NCBI GenBank assembly: GCA_050613775.1
Contig: JBODTK010000159.1
Coordinates: 1 to 64,000 of the forward strand
Direction of reading: 5' to 3'
Origin: Neocallimastix sp. 'constans'
Lineage: Eukaryota
DNA length: 64,000 nt
The notes beneath the pieces are model-generated. The model did no database searches, was not told the DNA's origin, and worked only from the letters and a program-made list of their open reading frames with translations. Positions 1 to 14,230 of this stretch are shown here, one piece after another (position 1 is the stretch's first letter; each line of letters begins with the position of its first letter). The translations under genes and the position numbers were made by a program.

Positions 1-575
1 ATTCAACCATTTTTTAATTATATAATTTTGAAATTTTTTTTTTTATAATAATAAAATAGTTATTTTAAATCAAAGTATATATAGTTTTTTGATTTTTTTT
101 TTCTATATTGTAATAATAAAATATATTCTAATTTTTATATATATATATTATTATTATTAATTTATTTTTTATTTTTTTTTTATTATTTTTTAAACTTTTA
201 CTTTCTATTTAAATATCAAATTAAACCTTTATAATCAATCAAAAAAAAAAAAAATTTTTTTTTCTTCTTTGATAGCTATCATTTTTTTTTTTTTTATTAT
301 TAAAAATAAAAAATTAATAATTAAACATTATTACTATTAAAATATTTATAAAAAAAAAAATTAATATTTTTTAATAATTTTTTTTTTTTTAATTATTTTT
401 TATTTTTTATTTTTTTGTATTTTATAATTATTATTATAATTATTTTTTAAATATAAAAAAATTTTAAATCAAATTTTATCAACTTTAATATTATATATAT
501 AATTAATTAAAAAAGTTAATATAATATTCATTTTTTTTAATTACTTTATAAAAACTATAAAATTTCCTTTTTTTT

Positions 576-614
<39 letters not shown>

Positions 615-1175
615 ATTATTCTTTATTTAATTATATCGATTATATTATATTATATTATATTATATATTATATTATATTATATTATTTTTTTTATTATTAA
701 TTATCTTTATTTTTTATTATTAATTATCCTTTAATTTTTTTTATAAATATTACAAATTAAAAATTAAAAATTATTAAAAAAAAAAAAAAAGAAAAAAAAA
801 GTATATGTGTTAAAGAGTGTTAAAAAAAAAAAAAATACATAGTATATACAATCCTATATATAAATAAATATTTATTATATTATAGTTATATGTTAACTTT
901 TTTCATAAAAAAAAAATTAGTTAATAAGGTATATTGATATACCAATAATATATTAAATATCCACAATATAAATTTGTTATATAAAGTATTTTTTATTATT
1001 ATAAAAAAAAAAAAAAAGACTAATAAAAAAAAATTATTATTATTACTTTTTTTCATTGCTTTATTTTTTTTTATTGTAAAATCTTTATTAATTCTAAAAA
1101 TTTCATTTAAAATTTAATATTTTTAATATATATATTTATTTATTATTGTGACATATTTGTAAATTAAATAAAATT

Positions 1176-1217
<42 letters not shown>

Positions 1218-1445
1218 TTAAAGTAAAAATATGACTTTAATAGAATATAACTAAAGTATATTTATACCTAATTATATATAATTTATATATAATTTATATT
1301 AGAAGCTGAGAAGTTCTTGAAAAAAAAAATTAATAAAATACAAATAAAAATAAGAAGTGAAATATAAATATCATTTGGTAATATTTTGAGAAACTAAAAG
1401 ATAAAAAAAAAAAAAAGAAACAGAAAAAGGAATTAACGTATATGA

Positions 1446-1492
<47 letters not shown>

Positions 1493-1713
1493 AGAAATTT
1501 ATATAATATTTTAAGATAAAAAAGAAAAAAAAAAAAAGAAAGAAGATAAAAAAAAATAAATAAATAAATAAAGTTTTATTATATTTAATTTAAAAAATTA
1601 AAGCATTAATAGTAATAATAATAATATATATTTGTTAAAAGTCTGAAATTTATCATACATAATAAAGTAATAAAAAGCAAAAATTTTTTTAAAAAAAAAA
1701 AAAAAAATAGTAA

Positions 1714-4479
1714 ATGAATGAGATAAAGAAGTTAATTGAAGAGAATAATATTAATGAGTTAAAATCTTATACTTTATTTAATAATATTAAATTAAATAAG
1801 GTACGTGATAAAGAGCGAGGGAATTCAACTTCCTTCTTTACTAGTAGCAGTTATAATAATAATAATAGCAATCTCAATAATCCCAATAACCTTAATAATA
1901 ATACAAATAATCCTAATAATAATATAAATAATACTAATACCAATACCAATAATAGTAATAATAATAACAATATAAATACAAATGAGGATACCCCTACTTT
2001 TGATGCATTAATATATGCTATAGAACATAACGCTAATCTTGAAATTATTGAATATATTATCAATAACTATGGAAATAACGTAAACTATACATTAGACTCC
2101 TCTCAGATACCATTATATAAAGCCATAGAACTGGAATATTTTTCAATAGCTAATTTATTACTTCAAAAAAACGCAAATATCAATTTAGTCAATAGTAATG
2201 GACTAAACCTTCTAATACATTTTTTTTATAATAGTCAACTGAATTTGAGAATATTAAAGTATATCTTAAAAAATGGTATAAATATTAATTATGAGGATAG
2301 TAATGGTAAAAATTTTATAGAGTATGCAATTTATAATAAGAATGAAACGTATTTGAGACCTATTATAAGTCATTATATCTATGATATACCATTCATAAAA
2401 AAAATGATTCTTCTTGCGAAACATCGAGTACCACTTACTAATCGTCAGTTAAGAAATTTAGTCCAGCATGAAAAGGATAAGCTTTGTGTCACGAAAGATA
2501 TGTACATTTCTGCAATTAATAATGGAACGCTAGATACTATTCAACAACTGTGGCAAATTCATAATCCATTGGAATTACCAAAATTTGGTTTGGATAATGA
2601 CTATGAATTATTGATTTGTGCAGCTAAAAATAATAATATGGGTATAGTGAAATTTTTAATAGAGCACGGAATTGATGTCAATGAAAGAGAGAAGCATGGC
2701 ATGACAGCATTAATTGTGGCTTCCATTATTGGAAACGTAGATATTGTAAAATATCTCATACAACAGGGTATAGAAATCAATGCACAGGAACGGTATGGTT
2801 GGTCCGCATTAATGTATGCTTGTCAAGATGGTAATGAAGAGGTGGTAAAATGTCTCATCGAAAATGGTATTAATTTACATCAGAAGGATATTGAGGGTTG
2901 GAATGCCCTTATGATTGCCTCTAAGAATGGTCATGAAAAAATTGTAAACTACTTAATTGGATGTGGAGCTAATATTAATAGTAAAAATAAAAATCATTTC
3001 AATGCCTTGATGACAGCCTGTGAAAATGGGCATAAAGAGGTGGTCGAATGTTTAATAAATCATCATATCAATATTAATGAAAGAGATAAATATGGAGCCA
3101 CTGCATTGATGGCCGCCTCTGAACATGGTCATTTAGAAATTGTTCAATATCTATTGAGGAAAAAAGCAAAGGTTAATGATAAAGATAAACATGGTTGGAA
3201 TTCATTAATGAATGCCTCACAAAATGGGCATGATAAGGTGGTTCAATGTTTAATTGAAAATGGTGCAAATATTCATAGGAAGGATCGAAACGGCTGGACA
3301 TCACTTATTATCGCTAGCAAATATGGCTATGAAGAGGTGGTTAAACTTTTAATTGAACATGGCGCTAATGTTAATGCAAAGAATCATGATGGATGTACCT
3401 CTCTGATTACGGCCTCACGTCACGGTCATATAGATATTATGAATTATTTAATTCAACATGGAGCTAAAATGGATTATCGAAGTTGGGCAGGTACCACAGC
3501 ATTAATGATTGCTTGTGAATATGGACATTTGGAGGCTGTTGAATGTCTCATCGAACATGGTGCCAATATTAATATTCGAAATAATTTTAATTATACCGCA
3601 TTAATGATTGCCACTCAAAATAATCAAGTTAATATTGTAAAATATTTAATGGAAATTGAAGGAAGGAAAAAGCCAAATCATGGAAGTAAACCTTGTTGGT
3701 CCACATTAATGATCGCTTCTCAACATGGTAATGAGGAAATTGTAGAGTATGTCATTCAACACGTTCTGGATATTAATACGAAGAGTAGTAAAGGACGGAC
3801 CCCGTTAATGGTCGCTTCTCAATATGGAAATTTAAATGTGATTAAAAAATTGGTGGAACATGGTGCTGATTTAACAGCACAATGTCGATTTGGTCGTACG
3901 GCATTAATCTATTCCATTAAAAATAATCATGACGAAGTAGCGAAATATTTAATAGATCATCATGTTCCCTTAAATGAAAAAGATTCTAATGGATGGACTC
4001 CGTTAATGTATGCCACTGCAAATAGTAATATAGAATTAATACAATATTTAATAGATCATGGAGCGAAGGTGAATGAAGTTCAAAGAACCACAACCAAAAA
4101 TAAAAATAATAGTAATAGTAATAGTAATAGTAATAATAATAATAATAATGAATCTACCCCATTACTAATTGCTTCAGAAAGGGGAGATATAGAAACGGTT
4201 CTATTTCTTTTAGAAAATGGAGCCAATATTAATCAAACAAATAAAAACGGAATGACTGCATTAATGATGGCTTCACGTTACGGTCATTTAGATATTGTTC
4301 AACATCTTGTTGAACAGCATGCCTTAATTAATAAAGAAAATAATTATGGCTATACGGCTTTTATCTATGCTAATCAAAATAAACATAAAGAAATTGTTCA
4401 ATATTTATTGAAACATGGCGCTCATACCATTAAATGGAATACCTACTTAAAAATTTGTTATAAAGCACTTATAAATTAG
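1714..4479 (+). CDS. Ankyrin-repeat protein (921 aa) with Asn-rich low-complexity inserts
   Basis: Uninterrupted ORF with many tandem 33-aa ankyrin units (G-x-T/S-A/P-L-M/I-x-A-x-x-x-G-H-x-E-I/V-V-x-x-L-I-x-x-G-A-x-I-N) and poly-Asn tracts near both ends. Confidence 0.95.
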   Translation: MNEIKKLIEENNINELKSYTLFNNIKLNKVRDKERGNSTSFFTSSSYNNNNSNLNNPNNLNNNTNNPNNNINNTNTNTNNSNNNNNINTNEDTPTFDALIYAIEHNANLEIIEYIINNYGNNVNYTLDSSQIPLYKAIELEYFSIANLLLQKNANINLVNSNGLNLLIHFFYNSQLNLRILKYILKNGININYEDSNGKNFIEYAIYNKNETYLRPIISHYIYDIPFIKKMILLAKHRVPLTNRQLRNLVQHEKDKLCVTKDMYISAINNGTLDTIQQLWQIHNPLELPKFGLDNDYELLICAAKNNNMGIVKFLIEHGIDVNEREKHGMTALIVASIIGNVDIVKYLIQQGIEINAQERYGWSALMYACQDGNEEVVKCLIENGINLHQKDIEGWNALMIASKNGHEKIVNYLIGCGANINSKNKNHFNALMTACENGHKEVVECLINHHININERDKYGATALMAASEHGHLEIVQYLLRKKAKVNDKDKHGWNSLMNASQNGHDKVVQCLIENGANIHRKDRNGWTSLIIASKYGYEEVVKLLIEHGANVNAKNHDGCTSLITASRHGHIDIMNYLIQHGAKMDYRSWAGTTALMIACEYGHLEAVECLIEHGANINIRNNFNYTALMIATQNNQVNIVKYLMEIEGRKKPNHGSKPCWSTLMIASQHGNEEIVEYVIQHVLDINTKSSKGRTPLMVASQYGNLNVIKKLVEHGADLTAQCRFGRTALIYSIKNNHDEVAKYLIDHHVPLNEKDSNGWTPLMYATANSNIELIQYLIDHGAKVNEVQRTTTKNKNNSNSNSNSNNNNNNESTPLLIASERGDIETVLFLLENGANINQTNKNGMTALMMASRYGHLDIVQHLVEQHALINKENNYGYTAFIYANQNKHKEIVQYLLKHGAHTIKWNTYLKICYKALIN

Positions 4480-4540
4480 AAAATAGAATATATATATGAG
4501 AAAAAAAATAATATATATATCTAATATAAAATAAGAAAAA

Positions 4541-4579
<39 letters not shown>

Positions 4580-5460
4580 AAAAAAAAGTTAAAAATGTAT
4601 ATATATAAAATTAAACATATATATATATTAATTTTCCTTTTTTAATTATAATATTTAATATTTATTTATTAAATATAATACCATCATGCTTTTTTTTTTT
4701 TTTCTATTTTTTTTTTATTTTTTTTTTTTTTTTTTACTATTAAATTCTTTTTTCTTTTATTTTTTTTTCGTATATTAACTAATAAATCTATAATTAGTTT
4801 AATCCACTTTATTAGTAGTAAAAAAAAAAAACAATAATTATAATAATAGTTATACCTAGAAACGCTAATCTATTTTAAATTATACTATTTATTTTTTTTT
4901 AATATATTTATTTATTTATTATTTTTTTTTAATTTATTTATTTATTTATTTTTATTTATTTATTTATTTATTCTTTTTACTCTTTTAATTTTTAACTTTT
5001 TTTTTTTTTTTATTTTTTATTTTATTTTATTTTTTTTTATTTTTATTTATTTGAAAGTTATATTAATTTAGTACTTATTAGTTAAATTAATTATAAGTGA
5101 TCTATACTTTTTAATATAAATTTATATTTAATAATCATAATAATCATAATAATCATAATAGTAATTAAATGTATATATAACAAATAAGAAAGGAAACAAA
5201 AAAAAAAAAGTTTACCAAAATAAAGTATTTAACTCATAATATTATATAAAAATAATAATAATGAAAAGTATTATTATTACATTATAAATATATATATATA
5301 TTTAATGTAATAAATGAAATTCTACACAACTCAAGAGAAAAAATATTTAAATATGATTTAAAATAAATATACAAAAGATTTTTTTTAATAGTGTTGTATT
5401 GATAATTGATTCTTATTAAAATATAATTTGGTAGTTAATCATGTAATTACTACAATTATA

Positions 5461-5494
<34 letters not shown>

Positions 5495-6056
5495 TTTTTT
5501 TTAATAACCCAATAATTATTAAAAGTGATCTATTATATCTATTTTATTATTTTTTATTTTTTATTTTTTAATATATACATATATTGTATTTATTGGTATT
5601 CTCTATTAATTATTCAACTATATTTTTTTTTATTTTATTTTATTTCTACTTCCAGGTTTTTTGTTTCATTTGTTACTGAAAATGTTAAAACCCTAATTTA
5701 ATTATAAATTAAAAAAATTGTATTGAATTATATATTCAATGAAGATAAATAATCAACAAAGTTTAACTTTTTTTTTTTTTTTTATTTCAGTAACGTATAT
5801 ATAATAGAATAATCATTATGTATTACTTTAGAAAAAAAAATTAATAATATTCGTATATATATGTATTTTTTTTTAAAACAATATTAAATTATGAAATGTT
5901 AGATTTTCAAATTATTTTAACTTTTAAAAATTTTTTATTATGTACAATATTATATTTCTTTATTAAGTTTTATAATTAAATAATAGAATTAAAAATTTTA
6001 TTATTAATTATTAATTAAAATTTTTAAAGGTTAAATCATGAACGAAAAATCTAAAA

Positions 6057-6091
<35 letters not shown>

Positions 6092-6908
6092 GCTACTTTA
6101 AATTATATAAAAAAAAATAAAAAAGAAAAAAAATTTTTACTAATAATTAATTATTCATATTCAGTATTTTTTTTTTCTTAATTAATACTAATTAAACAAA
6201 AAAAAAAAGTATTTTATATTAAAAAATAAGAAAAATTCACTTTTAATCAGAGAGTAACAAAAAAAAAAAAAAAAAATAAAAAAAAAGATTTTTTTATAAG
6301 TACAATTTTAGGAGGTTTAAAGAAATAAATTTTTAATTATATATATATATGTATATATTTTATAATTATTGATATAAAATGATAATAAAATCTTAATTAT
6401 TATATAAATAATTATTAATAAATTATTTTGTTAATAATTCCATAAAAATAAATTAATAAATCATTAATTAATCATTTGATTAATTGTCTGATATGTGAGA
6501 CTTTTATGTGCAATAATTTATAAGCAGTGGGTTTTTTTAAATAATAGTTGTTTAGAAAATTTTATTAATGAAATTATAATATTCGTATAATTAAAAGAAT
6601 AATAATTCTAATTCCTAGAATTTTACAAGAAAGTCTTCTATTTCTAATATAAATAATTTAATCCATTTATAAGAAATAGGTAATATATTAATTATATATT
6701 CTAATATATAGAACAATATGAATTTTATATGAATTAAAGTATTATAATTATTATAATTATAATAATACATTATGAAATAAAATAAAATAAAATAAAATAA
6801 TTATTATCAAAAAGATATAAATTTAATATTTAATAATAACTATTAAATATACAAATATGTTACTACACAAATTTGTTTTATATCACATAAATACTAACAG
6901 TTGATTTA

Positions 6909-7210
6909 TTGATTTATAGTGTGATTAGTCATTTCTTGCATAAGTCAGAGTTTAATTACCCAATAAAAGAGTTAGAAGGTACTGCGGCATATTTTTGTGT
7001 AAATAAATTTATACAATATATATTAGGAGGTAATCCGTTCCAGACAATACTATACACAGATCATCAACCTTTAGTTCTTATCATTATGAAATATGAACCT
7101 AATACTAGTAAACACCCTCGTTGGTATGATATATTTAGTCAACTACAAGTAAAGGTTGTCTACCAACTAGAAAAAAGGAATATTATTGCTGAAGCATTAT
7201 CTCTCATTTG

Positions 7211-7211
<1 letters not shown>
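6909..7211 (+). pseudogene. Ty3/Gypsy RNase H fragment
   Basis: NYPIKELE, YTDHQPL and NIIAEALS match the RT-associated RNase H motifs (ELLA, TDH, ADALS). The fragment is isolated. Confidence 0.8.
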
Positions 7212-7250
<39 letters not shown>

Positions 7251-7371
7251 TATATATATATTTTCATATTTAATAATAACTAGGGATAGGATATAAAAAT
7301 GAATGTATATAAAGTGTTATTGGTACTTATTATTAATTATTAAACCAAAACGCAATAACGAATTAAAAAAA

Positions 7372-7869
7372 AATAGTTTGGTTAGTTTAAAATACTTTAA
7401 AATTAATTTCGGAATAGTTTTAAATAGTTAAAATTAGTTTAAGTAGTTTATAAAAATTGTTTTGAATTATCAATATATAAACATTAGTATTAATAATATT
7501 TAAATAATAAATAAATAATAAATGAGCTCTTATTGAATTTAACTATTATTGTAAATAAATTGAAAGTTTATTGAATTAATTATTGTTTAGTTTTAGATAG
7601 TTGTTATTTAATAAAATTGCTAATAAATATTTTGTTAATAAATAAACAGTAATATATGTAAATTAGATAGGAATTATAATATAATCATGAAAAAATATAA
7701 ATACATGTAAATTTTATTATTTAAATCGATGTATTAGTTTTCGACTATTATATAGTTAATAACATAGAAGATTTAAATATTAATAATTAATAAAGATTAA
7801 TTTTAAAAGAAAAGAATTTTTTTGTGTTTATTTAGTTATTTGTAATCTGTTTTATTACAAATCTTTACA
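7372..7869 (+). mobile_element. 5'-truncated LTR related to family B, followed by the PBS ATAACTAATAC (7870-7880)
   Basis: Similar to 43050-43575; ends CTTTACA and is followed by the same PBS and leader start as 43576 onward. Confidence 0.8.
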
Positions 7870-7931
7870 ATAACTAATACTTCAAAAAAAAAATATTAAA
7901 ACACGTTACAGATAACTAAATAGTCGTAACT

Positions 7932-8592
7932 TGTAATAGAAACACTAAAATAGATTACAATAACAATACGATAAGATTTTATTTTATTAAAATTTTTTAT
8001 TAAAAATATTTTTTCTTAATATATAATAATTATTAATAGTTAACAACAATTGCATCGAAAAAAAAAAATTGTGAAAAGTATCTTCTATTTATACTTTTCC
8101 TAAATACATTAATAATATATTATTTTATTTAAATTACATATATTCTAATATAAAAACTATTCTAATGAATTTTAAATAATAATAAATTTATAAACAATGG
8201 CTAAATTTTTAGTAAAATATAATTATTAATTAAACTAAATACTAAATAATTTAAATTAAGTACTTTTATTATCTATTTATTATTTTAATATTATAAAGTC
8301 TTTTTTTATTTTCAATTTAAAAATAATGTTAATAGAGTCATGATTAAATTTTTAAACTTAATTTTCACAAAATAAATTATTAATTTATTTTGTTTTAAAC
8401 TTTAATCGATTCATTTAAAAATTATTACATTAAAAATTTGTCTTGTGACTTAGAGAATATAATTCATAAATTTAGTTCATATGATTTATTTATTTTATTT
8501 ATTATATTATAAATCAAAGAATAATTTACATTTTTGAATTACACAAGAAAAATTTTTAATTTAAAATTGATTGGAATAATTACATCTTTACA
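7932..8592 (-). mobile_element. Family D LTR without matching TSD
   Basis: TG...CA ends; similar to 12592-13267 and 21745-22444. Flanks TAACT and GTATA differ, and it joins a leader directly to mid-RT, implying a deletion or recombination. Confidence 0.8.
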
Positions 8593-9085
8593 GTATAAAA
8601 CTGCTTTTCGTACTCGTTATGGTCATTTTGAATATTTTGTTATGTCTTTTGGACTTAAAAACGCTCCAGCCACCTTTCAACATTTTATTAACGATGTTCT
8701 TAGCGACTATCTTGATAATTTTGTAATTTCCTATATTGATGACATTTTAATTTACTCGAATAGTCTAGAAGAACATCATGACCATGTTAAGAAAGTTTTA
8801 AGGAAATTATTAGAAAATAATATATACATTACACTAGAAAAATGTGAATTTGATGTTTCAGAAACCGCTTTCCTTGGATATATTATTTCAAGGGATGGAT
8901 TGAAAGTTGATCCCAACAAAATTAAGATTATTTTAGATTGGCCTGCCCCACCACGGTCAAAGAAGTACAATCTTTTATTGGGTTATGTAATTACTATAGA
9001 ATTTTTATCAAGGATTTTGCTAAGATTGCTCGGCCCTTACATAAATTTACCAGGAAAAACTTTCCATTTCTCTGGGGTCCTGATC
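8593..9085 (+). pseudogene. Gypsy reverse transcriptase fragment (frameshifted)
   Basis: YKTAFRTRYGHFEY, GLKNAPATFQ and YIDDILI motifs; continues in a second frame (TVKEVQSFIGLCNYYR). Closely similar to 47192-47670. Confidence 0.9.
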
Positions 9086-9129
9086 TATTTATTTTGATAG
9101 AAGATAAACATTCAGAAATATAAAAACTT

Positions 9130-9360
9130 AATTGATGAGAAATTGACGCTTTATTTTTTTGCTTCATTATAATTCATTTCTTTCTGACTTATCAGGTTGT
9201 TAGCTTCTCTGCTTTGAGGGTTAGGATATTTAAATTTCTTTGTTGCTATAATTTTTATTTTTTTTTAGGTCCACTTTCCTATATTTTAAGTCATTTATTA
9301 TTTCGGGAGGTAGTGACTTGTACAAATAGTTGTACTTTGCCTCTTCACTAATATCTTTAG

Positions 9361-9393
<33 letters not shown>

Positions 9394-9790
9394 TTTTCCA
9401 TGTTCAATACGAACCTTTCAATAATGACCTCTTTATTAAATATTATGAGGTCTAGCTCCTTTTTTTTAATGTTAGCTTCCTTTTCTCCCTGCTCATTTCG
9501 CATGTGGTTTTAAGTAGGCTCCAAATTTGGATGGCTGTATTTGTTATGAAATCTATTTTATTCTTTGTCATATATATCGAGATTTATACTAATGAAATAT
9601 TTTGTTTTGTTGTCATTTTTTAATTTGGTTTTCATTAGTATTTTTGGTATAGTCGTAACCCTTGCACCCAAAGATTTCTTTGTACCAAGGGTCGTATTCG
9701 TTGGTGTCTCTCATGATAATTCTAACCTTTTCTTTGTAAATATACTCCTCCAGATCTATGTATACTAAGCATGTTCCTCAATATGCAAAC
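9130..9790 (-). pseudogene. Decayed Copia-like gag
   Basis: Manual minus-strand translation gives ISEEAKYNYLYKSLPPE and YDYTKNTNENQIKNDNKTKYFISIN, which align to KFKYLYSSIPKD and YYNENVTEDMIVEDAKTKRFIMNN of the gag at 26045-26956. Boundaries approximate. Confidence 0.6.
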
Positions 9791-11049
9791 ATTTGCGTAA
9801 GACCTTGGTATTTTAATAAACTATATAAAAAGTAAACTAAACGAAATAATTAATTGAATATTAACTAATCTTGAACTTTAGTTCTAACAAGAAATAAATT
9901 ATTTTATTATTGAATATTGTGGAACTTATTCCATATTTATAAAATATATATATATACTTTTTATTTTATTACTAAAAATTATTAATATTAAAAAAATATT
10001 TTTAATATAATATCAATATTTTATCATTATTAATGCCATATAATATCAATAAATATGTTTTATAAATAAAATCAATATATTTTTAAAAAAAGAATTATTG
10101 AAAAATTAGTTTAGTAATATTAAAAATGGGAGAATTCAAGCCTTTCACAAGAATACTTTATCCAAATGTTTAATGTCATTTCTTTATTAAGGTTGGATTT
10201 TGAGAATTTGGAATGTAATAATTTGTTTTCTTTTAATTTTTACAATTATAAAATTACTCTTGTTCAGCAATGCATGCAACGGTACATGCAGCTACTAATG
10301 GTGGTAAAACTAAATAACTACAATTAGCAGAACAATAGCCGGTTATTTTTAAGTCATTACTTAACACAATTTTATTATTATTTTTTTTTTTTTTTTCATT
10401 TAAAATTATTTTTTCCATCGTTAGGATTTTTCTTGAATACTTAATCTTTTAATATACTTATAATAAAATTTGTAATGAATTAATGGGGAATTTATTTTTT
10501 TTTTTTTAGTTTGAAAATCTAACACTTTTCCCCTCAAAATAAAATTTCTTTTCAGCAATTAAAAAAAAAAGCATTATCAATAAAATGATCAAAAGAATCT
10601 TTTTTTTTTCTTTGTTAAAATATACCACATAACATATTCTTTTGTATAGTCCATAATAAAGAAATAATGACTATTATATGTATTTGTTAAGATTTTCATT
10701 ACTATTTTCATCTTCTCTTATATTATCATAATATTATTTTCATAATTATTATAATTTGTATTACAATTATTATTACTATTATTATTAAAACAATGATTAT
10801 TACAATTATTGTAATTATTTCCGTTGTAGTCATTTTGAGTATTATTATAATTATCTTTATAATCTTTATAATTATTATTGTCATATTTATTAGTATATTG
10901 ATTATCGTTAAGATCAGTATTATTTTACACAGACATTAGAAATGTCTTGTTTAATATGATAATTATAGTCGGCATTTTGATTACTGAAAGTTAGCCTTCT
11001 TCCATATTCTAGTTTTTTTTTTAATATTGATTAGTTTGTTGGTACATAC

Positions 11050-11972
11050 GATGTGGGCAATATCTCACAATATGACCAGGTTCGTTACACCAATAACAGA
11101 AATTAATATGCAAATTCTCCATTTTTTTTGTGATATCATCAATATTATTATTATTATGAGTATTATTAAAATTTCTAGTATTATTCCTATTATGATATGC
11201 GTTTAATTTTTTTAGGATAGCGTTATTAATACTATTGTAATTATTGTAATTATAAAATTATTGCTACTATTGTTATTGTTGAGTTTATCATTATTAGTGT
11301 TTCTTCTCATGTCATTATGCAAATTATTATTTCCACTTTGTAAATTATTTGTTAGGAAGGGATTATAGTTATTATTCAATCGACTAAAATTGGTGTTGAT
11401 TCTATACCAGTAATTAGTATTATTCATAAATGAGTTATTATTATTCCTTTTATTTCTTTGTAAAGAGCGGCTTTCAGCTTTTATACGTTCCATCTTTTCG
11501 GCAATTTCACATGCATCTTCAATGGTAGTGGGTTCTTCATAGGCAACACTTTCATATATTTCTGGTCTACTTCTAATAGAATTTTCATAATCATGCACAG
11601 ATAATTTGGCTTTATTCTTAGTTGATTGTTGGTTATAAGGATTTAGATATCTATCATTGATATCTCTTATACTTTCATTTGTGTATATGGTAGAAGTTTT
11701 CAGAGTTCTAAACTTTTCATCTTCATTTTGTCTATATTTATTCATCAAAATATCCCTACACTCTTCTAATGTTAGAGATTTATCCGCTTAAACTGATTTA
11801 TCACTAATTACTTTAATAGCTTCTTACACAGTTCCCGCTAAAATAAACCCGAATCTTTCATCATTATCTTCAACTTTTTCCATATTTAGCCAGTTTTTCA
11901 TCAGAATATACCAGGATTTAACATTGCGATTTCCACTACTGGTAATGGATTTTTTCTTCCTTCTCTACCCAT
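11050..11972 (-). pseudogene. Decayed LTR-retrotransposon gag with CCHC zinc knuckle
   Basis: ORF 11212-11748 contains EPTTIEDACEIAEKME. The minus strand near 11055-11100 reads CYWCNEPGHIVRYC (CX2CX4HX4C). Frameshifted. Confidence 0.7.
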
Positions 11973-12180
11973 TTCTTATTATTCTATGTAGTAGTAATGT
12001 ATTGTAATTATTTATTATAAAATATTAAAGTTGATTTATTGACTAATTATTATTATTATTTATCTATATTATTACTACTAGAAATACTATTATATTTAAT
12101 ATGAAATATATATATTTGTACACTGTACTAATTACTACTATCTATGATTATAATTTTATTTATTCTATTACTACCAAATT

Positions 12181-12182
12181 AC

Positions 12183-12221
<39 letters not shown>

Positions 12222-12231
12222 CATTATTAAA

Positions 12232-12302
<71 letters not shown>

Positions 12303-12321
12303 TATTATTATTATTATTATT
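12181..12321. repeat. (TAT)n microsatellite
   Basis: Near-perfect trinucleotide run. Confidence 0.95.
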
Positions 12322-12591
12322 CAAATTCAAAGCTAATAATTAGCAACTATCTACTAAGATATACTAAGATAAATTATTTCCTAACCCTAAAAATTATATT
12401 ATTATTAACTAATAATTATTTCCTAAAATAAAAATTTTATTTACACTTAATTTTGCATTCAACAAAAATTAATTATTAAATTCTAAATATGAAATTTATT
12501 TATAATATTGTAGTATATGAATGCGGATGAATGTGAAGAAAAACGGAAGGTTAGTAAGCCACCTCCACTCTATCTAGAAGTAGAGGAAAAT

Positions 12592-13267
12592 TGTAAAAGA
12601 AACAGCAAAATAGATTACAATAACAACACAATAAGATTTTATTTTATTAAAATTTTTATTAAAAATATTTTTTCTTAATATTATATAATTATTAATAGTT
12701 AATAACAATTTCATCGAAAAAAAATGTGAAAAGTATCTTCTATTTATACTTTTCCTAAATACATTAATAATATATTATTTTATTTAAATTACATATATTT
12801 TAATATAAAACTATCCTAATGAATTTTATTAAATAATAAATTTATAAACTATAACTAAATCTAGAAAAATAAAATTAATTAAACTAAATACTAAGTAATT
12901 TAAATTAAGTACATTTATTATCTATTTATTATTTTAATATTATAAGTAAAATCTTTATTTATTTTCAATTTAAAAACAATGTTAAAAGAGTCATGATTAA
13001 ATTTTGAAACTTAATTTTCACAAAATAAATTATTAATTCTTTGTTTTAAACTTTAATCAATTCATTTAAATCATTGTAAAACAATAATTTTTTACTAAAA
13101 TTTTACATTAAAAATTTGTCTTGTCGTTTAAGGAATATAATTCAAAAATTTAAATCATATGATATATTTACTTTATTATTTTATAAATCAAAGAATAATT
13201 TACATTTTTGAATTGCACAAGAAAAATTTTTAATTTAAAATGGGATTGGGATAATCACATCTTTACA
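12592..13267 (-). mobile_element. Family D LTR
   Basis: TGTAAAAG...CTTTACA, similar to 21745-22444. Flanks AAAAT and AATAT do not match exactly. Confidence 0.8.
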
Positions 13268-13559
13268 AATATTTTGTTAATGAAAATGTTATTAAATACA
13301 CTTTATTAATTTATTATCAAGAACTACAAAAATTAAAAATATTACATTATAAATTATTTATATCATACATTTTATAATAATTTCACATATATACATATGA
13401 TATACATCATTTGATATAATACGCCACCATTACCTATATACATATATTATTATTTATGTTTCTTATATTTATTTATTAACTATATTAAATATATTAATTA
13501 TTATATTAATTATATTAAACTTATTTCTAACACTCCCCGTAAGTTTAATATACTAGATT

Positions 13560-14230
13560 TTATTTAATAAAGCATTTCTAAAATTATTAGTTAATGTTCC
13601 ATTTAAATATTTTGTTAATCCATCAGCTAAATTATATTGAGATCTTATATATTTCAAATCAATTTCATCTTCTTTTATTAACTCTCTAATTTTATGATAT
13701 TTTAAATCAATATGTCTTGATTTTGGATTTATTGTTTCATTTATACTGTTATATATCGCAGCTCTATTATCTATTTTTATAGTGTTTCATCACCTTCTGG
13801 AATTTCCATATACAATTCTTCATTTATTTCAGCATTTAAATATGCTGCTTTTATATCTAGTTGATAAATATTAAACATATAATGTACTGCTAACGAAGTT
13901 ATAATTCTTAAAGAATCTTGTTTTAAAGTTGGTGAGAAAGTTTCTATATAATCTATACCTAAAACTTGAGAGAAACCCCTCGCAACTAGTCTAGCTTTAC
14001 ATCTTACTATTTCACCTTTATCATTTCTTTTATACGTAAATACCCATCTACAAGATATTACATTTTTATCTTTAGGAACATTACAAACAAAAGTATAAAC
14101 ATTTTTACGTTTCATATTATCCAACTCAATACTAACAGCTTTTAACCAATTATCTTCATCAGGTCTCTCAAAAATATCATTAAACTCTAATGGTGGTTCT
14201 AAGTCTACTGCATTAAAAGCTACTAATTTA
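13560..14230 (-). pseudogene. Copia RT N-terminal half joined to the RNase H C-terminus (internal deletion)
   Basis: CRWVFTYK, KARLVARGFSQ and QLDIKAAYLNA are present. No YVDD motif; the sequence jumps to the RNase H end (SRHIDLKYH, NLADGLTK). Confidence 0.85.

Noticed and set aside
12101..12343. Poly-Leu ORF and similar short ORFs (1851-2063, 52509-52739, 62964-63182)
   Set aside because: These are translations of microsatellites or homopolymers.
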